From Trichoplax adhaerens (taxonomy: Eukaryota > Animalia > Placozoa), in NCBI RefSeq assembly GCF_000150275.1, contig NW_002060943.1:6998299-7062298 (forward strand): a stretch of DNA of 64,000 nucleotides. Direction: 5' to 3'. The notes under the pieces are model-generated. The model made no database searches, had not been told where the DNA came from, and was given only the letters and a program-made list of their open reading frames with translations. Below are positions 52,273 through 64,000 of the stretch, in pieces; the first letter of the stretch is position 1, and every line of letters starts with the position of its first letter. Made by a program: the position numbers and the translations under genes.

Positions 52273-55200
52273 ATGCTGAAAATATCCAAAAAATTGAATA
52301 AGGGACAAAAAAGGCGTCAGCAACTTCATAAAAGAGAAGTATTTAATGCTAAAGTAAGTTAGCATTTTATTATTTTTTATTTACTATTAAATAGATAGAA
52401 TATTATAGTTAAAGATTCTATCTTTGAAGAAATGATATCTATTTGCAGGTAGAATTTATTTTTATAAGTGATAATATTATCGCAGTAGAATCATTAGTGA
52501 TTTCGCCTTGATCGCTAGGTTGCCGATGTTATCACTAGTAATGAATATAAGCCAGGAGAACCTTACTATGTCGTCGAAATAACTACGTTATTAGAGCATC
52601 CTTTTCAGCTCGTAAACGGAGCCATTGTTCAAAAACTATCAACCTATGGAATATTAACGAAACAACAGTTGCCTAAAGTAAGCACAGTGTCAATTAGTAC
52701 CAGAAATTTGTATGCAATACGTAAATATCGAGGCCATAAAGTGTAAAAGTAAATCCTAAAATGGCCCAAACAGTTACTTCTTATTTGTACGAATTAGAAC
52801 TAAAAATTTTATCATCTTAATCAAAATTCAAAATCTGTAATTTTTTTCTTTATTTCAAAACTATTAGTTACCAAGAATTATAATCTTTACGCCTATGGGT
52901 AAAGCTCATGTGAATTTTATCGCACGTGAGAAGCCATTATTTCTTACTGAAGAAGAATTAGACAATTGTGAGAAATTTCATCGATTTTTATTTGAGAATG
53001 TTATCAAGACAAGAAAAGATACAAGATTTATCAAAAATGAATCTATTAAGTACTATCTCGTTGTCCCACTAAGGTATCAAATATATTATTAAGAATAAAT
53101 AATTGATTTATTGTAGTATTATTAAACATCGTAAATTGATTGGTACCGGGTAATAATTTAGAGAAATAAAAATTACGTTCTTCAGATTTTTACCAAATAA
53201 AGTATTTAATATCTACTCTATATTCTACCCAAAATCATGATATTTGCTTCCATACTGTAAGCCTACCATTAATATTTACAAACATCCACAGTTAAGATAT
53301 TCAATAACACAGTATGCTACGTTTAATTATTTAACTTAAGTATAATATTATAACTGCAAATTTTATTGTAGAGAAAATGGAGAACTTCATTATGAATTAA
53401 TAACAAGTTGCATTAATTTTCTTCGCAATGAAAATTACCCAAATCGTCAAGTATGTAAAGAAGTTATATTACAATTTCCGCATCAAGTTGTAGTAAAGCC
53501 AAGCTACTCTCTAAATAGTCAGAGTTTAAATTGGATGCTAATTAGAAAGGTAAGCGATGCAACACCTATGTCTGAATTTCATGACACATCTATTGCGGCA
53601 ACATTTTATGATTACTATAAAAATCAATACTCGATTGACATCAGCGATAAAGAGCAAAAGTTAGTCTGCCTCCGAAAAATACCAAGTAATAACAACATGC
53701 TGAAGAAATTTCATAGAATATTAACCCTTACGTCAAAATCTAAGCAATCGCCCCACTTTGTACCGGAATTGTTAGCTATTCATCCGTTGTCTGCAAGCCG
53801 TTTTATGACTACAGTCTGCTTGCCTTCGATCTTATTTCGTGTAGAATCATTACTCTCCGTCGATGAACTCCGGCTAAAGATAGCTCGAGAAACTGGACTG
53901 GGCTTAGATGATAGTAGAATGGATAATAGTTTTATTCCACTCCTTCAAGATGCATCAACTTATTACACCAAAAAGATTGGGATTTTGCCTCATGTTTTTC
54001 ATCAAATTAAATTAAAAGATCGCTATACGCTAATAACCTTAGGCAATGGAAAAGATAATTATTTACATATATCCAATGAAGAAAAAAGAAGACTTGTCGA
54101 TCGAAAATTGAAAAGAGGTCGAGAAAAGAAGAAGCAGCTCGTAATTAACCATTGCAAGCAGTTGCGAAGAACGATCAGTAAGCTAACAAAGAAAACTAGA
54201 AAGTGGTTAAAAATTGTGCCTATTTCAGTCAGTAAGCGTCTCTTTCCTAAATTTCATCGTCGCTTATTGCATTCCAAATTGAAATCTAATCGAAATAAAG
54301 CTGTTTTGAAAAGGCCAGGCCCAAGTGTTTCAATGCTACTGCAGGCTCTCACATCGCTATCAGCAGACGATTTCTTCAATCATGAACGCTTGGAAATTCT
54401 AGGAGATTCCTACTTAAAGTTTATCACTACTGCCGATTACTTCTTTCGAAATCCAAATATGAAAGAGGGTGCTATGAGTCTTATGCGTGCCATTAATGTC
54501 TCTAATTCCCATTTATCACGTACTAGCAAGCTCAAAGGATTAACACTGTACCAATTCAACACACCATTCAAATTAAAGCAATGGTTACCACCTGGGTTTA
54601 CCTGCATTAGGAATAACGCTAATCTTGTTGCAAATAATATGCTTACGGACGGTAGTAAACAGCGTGATAGCGAATCTTTTAAACAAGTTATGTCAGTTAA
54701 AAATATTTCTGATACCGTTGAAGGCCTGGTTGGTGTTTATTCTTTAGCTAGCGGACCAGTTGATGCAGCTCGGTTATTGCCTTGGATTGGATTAGACATT
54801 GATCCGAATGTATTAATAGAAAAGGATAAAAGCGTAAATTTTGAAATACCAACGACTGATGAAGATATCCAATTAAGTAGCTGTATACTCCGTAATACTG
54901 ATTATCAATTTAATAACTTTTATTGGTTACGAATAGCTTTTACACACTCATCTGTTGCCAGTGAAAACTATCAACGATTAGAATATCTGGGCGATGCTAT
55001 ACTCGAATATTTATTGATTGAGTTTGTCTACTGTCGAAAACCATACTTTGGACCTGGTAAAATTTCACATTTCAAGTCGGTAATGACGCGTAATCAGACA
55101 TTTAGTCTAATCGCCATAGCATTCCAATTTTACACGCATATTCGATGCCATTCAAAGTTAAAATTAGATATTATGGATAGTATTCAAAATTTTAAAGAAA

Positions 55201-55957
55201 TATTGTTGGTTAGTATTAATTAATTCACGATATAGATCATGTCCTTTTAATCGTTTATCCCTAAAGTATCCCTGCGAAACAGATCACAAAGAATTAGTTA
55301 ATGAATATTTTGTATTTTAGGATAACCATCAAGATGATCATCAGCCAGACATTGGACACTTTGCAAATCTGGCATATCAATTGTATACTTCTAATCGGTA
55401 TCAGAAACTCCCCAAAGTCTGTGCCGACGTCTTTGAAGCCTTTATTGCTGCCATTTATTTGGATTGTGGTAAAAAATTGAGAACAGTTTGGAAAGTTGTG
55501 TACAAAATGGTTCAACGAATTCTAGGTACAGAACATATACGAGCATAACAACAGTGTTTCAAGCAATAAAATAAATATATAACATTTTTTGTTTCGATTA
55601 GCTGATATTCTCAATGACGTAGGTGGTCTAACTAGTACTATCCATGATATGTTTCCAAACAGAATTAGATATCAGTAAGGTTTCATATCATAAATTATCC
55701 AGAATATTGTAGATACTTGATTATGTTATCAGTTCACCCATTTGACTAATCGAAATCTTCATCATTTTAGAGTAATCAAAAGGAGTAATTCAAGTAAAAA
55801 GCATCGTAGGATGTTCCTTGATCATCCCAAATTGGGCATGCTGACTTCTGAAGGCATAGGAACAAGCAATACATCAGCTAAAGATGATGCCATCCGCAAC
55901 ATGCTCTCACATCTGGAGTGTTCAGATCAAGAGATTGAAAGTAGCAACAAGTCCTGA
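52273..55957 (+). CDS. Dicer-family RNase III, short form (platform-PAZ-connector-RNase IIIa-IIIb-degenerate dsRBD; no helicase seen)
   Basis: Platform: GQKRRQ..., PGEPYY, YGILTKQQLPK|LPRIIIFTPMG. PAZ: ATFYDYYKNQYSIDISDKEQKLV. Connector: FVPELLAIHPLSAS...VCLPSILFRVESLLSVDELR. RIIIa: PGPSVSMLLQALT, HERLEILGDSYLKF, KNISDTVEGLVG. RIIIb: AFTHSS, YQRLEYLGDAILEY, PKVCADVFEAFIAAIYLDCG. dsRBD-like: GIGTSNTSAKDDAIRNML. Exons ~52273-52353, 52519-52677, 52868-53073, 53372-55208, 55321-55525, 55602-55674, 55771-55957. The true N-terminus is unresolved. Confidence 0.93.
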
Positions 55958-56350
55958 CGATGAAAATATAAATTGTGGACGACGTTATAACTTTAAGAAG
56001 ATAGGCTACAATTTACAAACGTTTTATTACTGACAATTTCATAAAGCATCCATTAATATAAATCATCTTAATTTTATACACCTTTTAAATCATCATTACT
56101 AACATATGAAAAAAGTGTGTGGAATTATTGTGGAAATTACTTTATCATACCGCTCGAATATTGTACAGTTACTAGTAGCTACTAATGTTCAGTAAATTGT
56201 CAATTAGTGATGATCCTTTTTAATCATATTTAAGAAAGCACTTGGCAGCTATGGAGTACTTCTTTTACAATACAGGTCGAAAATAATTTTATTTGTACAT
56301 ATATTTTCAAAAACATTTTTAACTTGGAATCCAGCGAGATGTCGACAACA

Positions 56351-58283
56351 TTAGCTTTTTACGAATAGAAACATTGTGCGTCCAAAACCTAATGAGAATA
56401 GCAAGCAATTTATTATAAGTATTAAGATTTGCACAATTACTATACCATATACCACAACTTGATAGGCATGAATGAAATCAACATCCGTACATATACTATA
56501 CTATATATTATCATACACAATAACAAATAAATAAATGATCATCATTGGATGATTACTAATATCTCTGATGGCATCATACACTTTATTACCAAAAAAGATC
56601 AACGCTAGAATTATATAACAGTTGAAATAAGATGATGGAAGTAAAATCATTCTTCTCATCACATACCTTTAACAGCGTCGTTTGGAATGGGAAGTGTTTG
56701 GCATGATGAGAATCCGATTTCTTCAGATAGTAAATAATCGTTAAACTGATCGGGCATTAACTTGATTTCATCAAAGTTTTTACGAAAAGTCGCCTAAAGA
56801 TACATAATATATGCATGGAATTCAAGTTAGATACAGCTAGCAATCAATGTGCTCTTCATCTAAAAATTTGAGCTCGCTTCGTTGATAAGTATATTAGCAG
56901 TCAATGTGTATGCTTAATGCTAACATATTGAATTGCCTAATTATTCTTAAAAGGAGTTACATACAGATAAACGTTTTTTCTTTTTGTAAGATTCGATAGA
57001 TTGAGGCTCTAGGATTAGGATACCATCATGACGTAAATTCATAAATATACGTTTGAATAGTTTTTTGACACCTTCATCACCCCAGTTGAGATGGATCCAT
57101 TTTGTTAAACTTAGGCATAAAATAACATCATATAGTGGTTTTTCTTCATTAATACTTTCCATTGATTCTTTAATGTAGTTCTCCTGTAGAATAGTATTAC
57201 ATGCATGTAATGAATGAGTTTCTTTTCGTAGCTAAGCTAACATAACATTAATGAAACAACAGGCTACAGTTATGCATGCCAGTAAAGTTACATTGATACG
57301 AGTATGAGCATATTCGTATGAAGACAACTCGCCCAAGCAATGCAATGTACTGTTCCTCTACAACGTTAGGTGACAAAAAAATTATTATTATTAGCAATTC
57401 ATTATACCTGCTTAAATAAGATGTTTCTTGGATAGAGTGTACTATCATCGTTGCAAGTATCAACTATAGGTCCATGACAAATGCCAAATGATATAGGAAA
57501 TTGATGATTCTTGGTTGAATTAATTCGCGTAATATTTGAACGAGCTCGTGTAATTAATGAGGCATCAATGTCAATGCCAACGATGGTATTGGGATTGAAT
57601 TTTTTAGCAATTTCTATGGTTAAATGGCCATCATTGCATCCAATATCGAGACAATCTTTCCCTTGAAACCATTGGTGATTCCATGAATCTAACCTACCAT
57701 CATGTGTTGATTGATTTCTATAACCGTAGTATCTATTGTAATTTCCATATATAAATAATTTTTGTTTGGAATTTTTTTCCTTTAGGGTTGTTTCGACAAG
57801 TTCCACTTTGTCCTGGCGAATTTTCTTTAGGGTTTGTAGGTCATTTTTATCATCATTATCCTTACTTAATTTCCTTTTCTTTTTGTGCTGTTTCAGAGAT
57901 CGGACACGTTTATCGTATTCTCTGTCTTCCCTACTGAGCATTAATGGATCACTGGTTTGTGGTGGAACTAAAATTTGATCCTCATTGGTCACATTCTTGA
58001 CGTTGGCGAGGCGTCGATGAGAAGGAGAAACGTGTGGTGTGTCCGCTTTCAGGCGATTATTGATCTCTGGATCGAGTAAACTACGCAAATTTAATGGATC
58101 AGTTGGATCTTGAGGTTTACTTGGCAAGAGCGATTTTTCACTCGATAAACTACGACGTACTTTGGCTTTTTTGGTCTTTTTATAGCTTAAATTGGCTTTC
58201 TTGCCGCGCTCTTGATGACTTGGACTAGTTTCACTAATGAAATTTTGCCTCCATGTCGTTGCGCCACTCATGTTTACTTCCAT
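56351..58283 (-). CDS. MEPCE: 7SK snRNA methylphosphate capping enzyme (Bin3/BCDIN3 family methyltransferase)
   Basis: DPTDPLNL, FIYGNYNRYYGYRN, SAM motif CLDIGCNDGHLT, GIDID, YDVILCLSLTKWIHLNWGDEG, ILILEPQ, C-terminal GFGRTMFLFVKS*. Exons 58283-57408, 57183-56965, 56793-56667, 56389-56351. Confidence 0.93.
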
Positions 58284-58658
58284 TGGCTAATCCTAAAGGA
58301 TTGCAATTAGGAAAGGCGTCCCCGATCAACGACAATTTAGAAATGAGTCCAGTAGTATCGTGTGGACGATAGTTTAGCGCTGATTTCACCTCCTTCCCTG
58401 CACACAATATGAATCGAAATCAATGGGAATTCTACCTGTCGCCTAGATGATGCCTGCTGGAGATCTGCAGTCTTGATTTTGCTCCTTTACTCCTACTCAA
58501 CGAGTATTAAAAGCCAAATTGAAATTGATCTTTTGCTAGTCGCTTCGTCGCTATGGAACATGTTGCCGTGGGCCAAGCACGAGTCCACTGTAAGTGGTCA
58601 ATAGCCATACCCAGGGTACTATACTACCACTCGTACTGTCCACTCCTAAAATTCCCGG

Positions 58659-59033
58659 TCCCCCCCCCCCCCAAAAAAATGAAGAGCATTCTCTTCGTAG
58701 TCTATGATTCTATCAGGAAGTATTGAGAGAGAGAAAAAGAGAAAACTCTTTACTAGTCCCTGATACTATCATACTATAGGTAGTACTCAAGCTTTTTAAA
58801 GAAAAATTCCCTAGTACAGATATGGACACTTATGGTTATGTACACTGACATCAACTACCCGCCCCCCCCCCCCAAGAAAAATGAAGAGCATTCTCCTCGT
58901 AGTCTATGATACTATCAGGAAGTACTGAGAGAGAAGAAAAAAGAGAAACTCTTTACTAGTCCCTGATACTATCATACTATACGTAGTACTCAAGCTTTTT
59001 AAAGAAAAATTCCCTAGCACAGTTATGGACTAC
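58659..59033. repeat. Two-copy tandem duplication (~200 bp period) with a poly-C head and an internal imperfect inverted repeat
   Basis: C-run-aaaatgaagagcattctc.tcgtagtctatgat.ctatcaggaagta.tgagagaga...ccctgatactatcatactata.gtagtactcaagctttttaaagaaaaattccctag occurs at ~58659-58830 and ~58858-59033. Confidence 0.9.
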
Positions 59034-59070
59034 TAAATCAATGCCGGCATTCATTGAGTAGTAGTCCATA
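59024..59070. repeat. Short inverted-repeat hairpin with the same termini as the element at 4298-4356
   Basis: TATGGACTACTA-aaTCAATG-ccggcatt-CATTGA-g-TAGTAGTCCATA. Confidence 0.7.
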
Positions 59071-59135
59071 GTACAGCCAAAGAGCCATAGTAGCGACTTT
59101 TGATATACAATTCATTTCTATGGCTAGACCAGACC

Positions 59136-59230
59136 ATCAATGCGGAATACGTCGTATGTTCCACATAGCAAATTCAAAGGAAAAATATCAATACGGAATA
59201 CGTCATATGTTCCACATAGCAAATTCAAAG
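59136..59230. repeat. Two-copy 44-bp direct repeat
   Basis: atcaat[ga]cggaatacgtc[ga]tatgttccacatagcaaattcaaag at ~59136 and ~59187. Confidence 0.88.
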
Positions 59231-60276
59231 TATCATGGCCTACAGGAGTAGACGGAGAGAAGCTTTGAACTTGATATCTCTGCTGGAAAGTCTGCAATGA
59301 CTACAATATTGTTGACATTTGTAAGAACTGTCATTGGAGATGTTTCAGCAATAAATCAAAGGCATTGATACTTTTTCCAATAGATCATCATCACTCAATT
59401 CTCTATACTTAGGCTCTCTAGTCTAGTACAGAATACAGCAGTTGGACGTCTGAACTTCTTATCAAGTGGCAGGATCTACTATGCACAAAAGTAGCTGTAG
59501 AGGATAAATACATTAAACATTAGACAGTAAATTGTTCATTGTCATACACGTCAATAGATGCAAGTATTTGCGCAATTCGTTATACCATAACGAGTACTTA
59601 CAGTATTCTATTAGGCGGACTGACACATTTGAATAACGTTATCCACCACATTCATAGGGTAGTATGCCCAATCCTATCACTAAAGGCTTAAGTGATTGAG
59701 TTAAACTAGTACAGTGTACATAGGCACATTTGTACGTGATAGCATGCTACAGCTTAGATCAAAAACAACGAGGTGAGCTCCTTCTTGACTTACGTTGAAG
59801 ATAGAAATAAAAATGTTAAAACGCAACGTTCGCATGAACAGACTACTGCAATAGAATACAGTAATGCGTATGCATCCACTATGCCTAGTGTAAACCTCTG
59901 AAGTAAAAGGAGCACAAAAATCGACCTCATCCTAGCTTCCTTATTACCTCTGGGAGATTACTTTTTTGAATCACTCTTTAAAATAACGATGACTACCAAG
60001 AGTTATTATCGTCAGGCTTTGAATGAAAAATAACGCAGCACTATTTAAGCTGCTGGCCGCTAGTATATACTATCGGTTTTATTCTATGTTTCATAAACGA
60101 CGAGGTGCAATGTTTGCAATCAGCAGTGGTAATAGATGTTGTAATCCAAATCTTTCATGTACATCACGACTTTATCGTTTTGCTCACCTTTCCTTAAAAT
60201 AAGGTAAAAAATATCTAGCCAATATATTAATTATACTACATAACATAGTTGGTATCTAGGACGTCATGAAGGAAGT

Positions 60277-60560
60277 AATATAGGCTACATGCTGCTGCCA
60301 CAGTAATATAATGCAGCTGCCAGACACTTTACTCGATGCTTATATTTATTTCGTATATCCTGTTCGCAACAAGAAATTCAAGAGAAGGTACATGAGAATA
60401 CCTACTAAATGCTAACAGGGTATAATTAATATGGGCTACATACTGCTGCTACAGTAATATGATACAACTGCCAGGCACTTTACTCGATGCTTACATTTGT
60501 ATCGTATATCCTATCCATTAGAAGTAATTCAATAGAAGGTACATTAGAATATGTACCTAA
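60277..60560. repeat. Diverged two-copy tandem duplication (~150 bp period)
   Basis: ggctacat.ctgctgc.acagtaatat.at.ca.ctgccag.cactttactcgatgctta.attt.t.tcgtatatcc...aattcaa.agaaggtacat..gaata...acctaa occurs at ~60283 and ~60434. Confidence 0.85.
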
Positions 60561-61667
60561 GGTTAGCAGTGTAAACCATTTAACAGACATGATTCAGAAA
60601 TACATGTATTGTATAGCAATAAAAAAAATATCAAATGATGACGACAGTAGGAGATTGCCGTCGAATCCACCCATACAGGGCTAATTCTAGATCTCTATTA
60701 TATGTAATCATAACCAATGGCTACTTGATTTCTGTTCTTACTTGCAGCTCATATGCTATTTATTAGTATGTCCTTCAATAAAAACTAAATGCATTGCGTC
60801 ATAGCATTGTACTACTCAATAATTTGTTTACATGGATAGAAGCAACAAACATCCACTACCATCCTGACAATATGATTGGCATCAATTAATTTGAAATTCA
60901 ATAAATGGAACATTCATTTGAAGGTCTTTATACCAAATATTCCATATCAACAGCAATAAAAAATAAATTTCAATACTTAATTTTTTGCCACGGTGATGAG
61001 ATTTTTGTAATCGGCCTATGAAATAATACACTAAATAAACCAATTTTACGAGTATATCTACAATTGGATTCGTTTACAAATACGGCTGCCAGTACTCACT
61101 AATCTAAGACGATAGGAACCTTTTACAAACATATAACCTCCAAAATACGAATAGTATACCATAGATTATTATAGTGAATCGTTCGTCCTAACTGTAATTG
61201 TTTTTTTTTTTAATTGCTCTATGCAAGTTTTCATTTTGGCGTAGAAGAAGTTATACTTGCTTTTTATTGGCGCGTACATATGCTCCACCCACAGGATATC
61301 CATATGGCAATAATAATATTACTTCCTTAGCTACTAAGTTAACCCCAAATTTCCTAGCCATTCGTACATTATGACAGAGATGCAATCTAATCACGATTAC
61401 GCGGGTGTTGTGCTAATATGTTCCGCTACCAGCTAAAATTAATCATTGTCCTAGTTAAGTGAATCTGTTACATAAAACCTTACGTTCTATTGAGCACATT
61501 AGTCTATATATAGTTAGCACTTTTATTATTTAGCTACCACTAATCATATTCATCAACAGTACTCCGTCCCATATTAGAATTGACCTTGTTTACTCCTACG
61601 GTGTCTGCAACATCATATCATAGCTAAATTTTTGGTTGTTACTTCTGTATCGGAAATCTTCTCTGCA

Positions 61668-63609
61668 ATGAATAACAAGTTTCGTTACTTGATTTTCTTG
61701 ATCATTGTACTTTATGGCAATAATATCAGAGTATTTTCAGGCAATGTACCAGGTTCTATCTATTTACCAATACGTAAAAATGTTAACATTCAGAGTCATT
61801 TGTTTTTATTAATCAATATATTAAAGCATACGATATTATCAGCGGTAACCTAATTGTTGCTTTTTCCCCTTTCTCATTTCAAGCAGTTAAACATAATAGG
61901 ACAAGCACTAACACTGTATTACATCCAAATGAAGGCATTGCTGTATCGCCAATTCGAATTGTAGACGGTTTTACACAATACTCAGGTAGAATAGAAATCT
62001 ACCATGCAAATAAATGGGGATCGATCTGCAGTAACGGATGGGGAATAAAAGAAGCTAATGTTGCATGTCGGCAATTAAATTATGCGAAAGCAATGTCTGC
62101 AAAAGGTATGCCTATCTATATGCAAAGAAGTAAATCATGTTTGATTTATAGCTAAAATCACAGCGAAATAACAGTTTAATTTTGTCTTCATCATTAATTT
62201 ATCGTAGTTTGTGCTATGATTCCGTCCCATGTAACTCTCAACCAATGATCATACTTCCAATTTAGCTTCATTGCGACAAGAATCTCTATCAAAACAATCA
62301 TGGACAGGATTTATAGCTTGTCAAGGCAATGAAATTGCCCTTTCTCAATGCGAGCAATCGCAGTGGATTATTTCTGCAGAATGTACAAGCCAAAGTAACG
62401 CACGTATTTCATGCGAAGCGACTGCAGGTTAGAAATCTCGAATTAGCTGCATTCTAAAATTATAAGACTGTGACTAAATGCACTGATAATGGCCATGTGA
62501 AGCCGTTCAACTAAATACATTTTTTACTCTTGCAGATAATCCCCTGAATTGTATCTTTGAGCATGGATTTTGCAGTTGGAAGCAACCTAAGAGAAACTAT
62601 AAAATGGATTGGCTGTGGACGGATAGTAATCACACGCCATTAAACAAAAAGTTCTCAGGTACGTATGAAAATCAATCAAAGCTTAAAGATATTATTCTCC
62701 ATCAATAAATTAACTTTATTAGCTTATTTACGTTAGTTAAGACAACTTGAACGTTTAGGAAGTAAATCTATAATTATAATATAGCTCAATAATAATAATT
62801 CACCATACTATAAAAGCTTATCGATGTGCGCTACTCATATTTGATGGCTATTTCATAGCGTGACTGTTATTAGTCAATAAATTATCCATTGCAAAGGTTA
62901 ATCGTAAAGTACCCTATAACGCAAATGCATGCTAACATTTTACAGATTCATTAAGATTTAAAATTATAATGACACTTAATCTGGCCTTCCTCTTAGGACC
63001 CCATATTTTTTTAAATACTTTATATGGCAATGATGAAGAAGAAGCAACTCTACGTAGTCCATTATTGATGACTCCTTATCAAAGAAATATAACTGTAAGT
63101 ATTTAACTATTATTTTCTTCTGCAGAATGGGTTACATTTTCATCGAATAGATAGTTTGAAATTGATAATAAATATCCTTATAACAGTTTTCTATTTGAAT
63201 TCATTGCTATCGCCTCAGGTTACCTTCAATTACCACCAATCTAAGATAATTAGTGGAGCATTCACGGTTGAAGTTTTTACAAAAGTATCTCAAAAAATAT
63301 GGCAAGCTGATAAGGCATCACCACCTGATGACATTCAGCAAAGGAAAGTCGTTTTTCAAGCCCCAGCAAAGCATTTCAACGTAAGATAGAAGCAATTTAT
63401 TATAAACAAATCAGATTTATCTCGCATGCTTCATAAGGCATGGCGATTATAATTGATTTCTCATCTAGTCAATATTGAATAGTACGATAATAAATGTAAT
63501 TTAAAGAAATAATATTTTAAAAATTAGGTACAATTCAAATTTGTAAAAGGACGAAAATCGACCGGTGTTATCAGTATGAACGCAATCAAGATCCAAGGAT
63601 GTCGTGAAG
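61668..63609 (+). CDS. Secreted or membrane protein with signal peptide, SRCR domain and MAM domain; continues past the last identifiable exon
   Basis: Signal-like MNNKFRYLIFLIIVLYG. SRCR: IRIVDGFTQYSGRIEIYHANKWGSICSNGWGIKEANVACRQLNY (~61950-62085) and IACQGNEIALSQC...ARISC (~62265-62427). MAM: LNCIFEHGFCSWKQ...MDW, ATLRSPLL, VTFNYH, GVISMNAIKIQGC. The last exon ends in a phase-1 donor with no stop seen. Confidence 0.85.
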
Positions 63610-64000
63610 GTTAGTACATTATCTCAGCCATTAATCCGTATCGTATTCAATCCGCTGTGCTTTATGACTGTGCTGAGTCTTTATAGATTAACTTTCTGAT
63701 GTGATAGCCTTGATACTGGTTATGATTTAGAGGGAGCTATATATATATCGAAAACTGCAGGAAACTGGTATCTAACCAGTCTCTAAATGACGTTATTAAC
63801 CTTCGAAATTTACCTTTAAAGTTAATTTTAAAAATTTATGCCATATCAGTCTATTACATACCTTAAAATTATGTTTTCAGTCGCTCATACAATTGTACAA
63901 ATCTTAGATCAGTTTTCTTATATATAGTAATCAGAAAATTTCCATATATTGCATGCGAATAATAAATTATACTACATTCAAGATATTGGAGAATCTAGTA

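Overview
Eukaryotic, AT-rich, intron-dense animal genomic DNA with short GT-AG introns and one 50-N assembly gap. The style and gene set suggest a compact early-branching metazoan such as the placozoan Trichoplax (inference, not verified). Genes in order: MFAP1 (+, 5' end outside the window), p190RhoGAP (+), RUNDC1 (+), a WD40-repeat protein with a predicted N-myristoylation motif (-), a ~7 kb heavily decayed LRR-GPCR (LGR-type) pseudogene (+), KIF25 (-) head-to-head with TAF8 (+), a short Dicer (+) tail-to-tail with MEPCE/Bin3 (-), and the 5' part of a secreted SRCR+MAM protein (+). Most notable observations: (1) the Dicer keeps platform, PAZ, connector, both RNase III active sites and a degenerate dsRBD, but shows no helicase and has a very basic insert; (2) its 3' end may overlap the MEPCE transcript; (3) the p190RhoGAP has pG2 but no pG1 pseudoGTPase; (4) the LGR pseudogene fills an apparent gene desert; (5) CAGTA/TACTG arrays sit at likely promoters; (6) a small ATGGACT(A/G)CTA hairpin element occurs twice. 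Exon boundaries were read by eye and are approximate; orthologue comparisons are from recalled sequences, not database searches.
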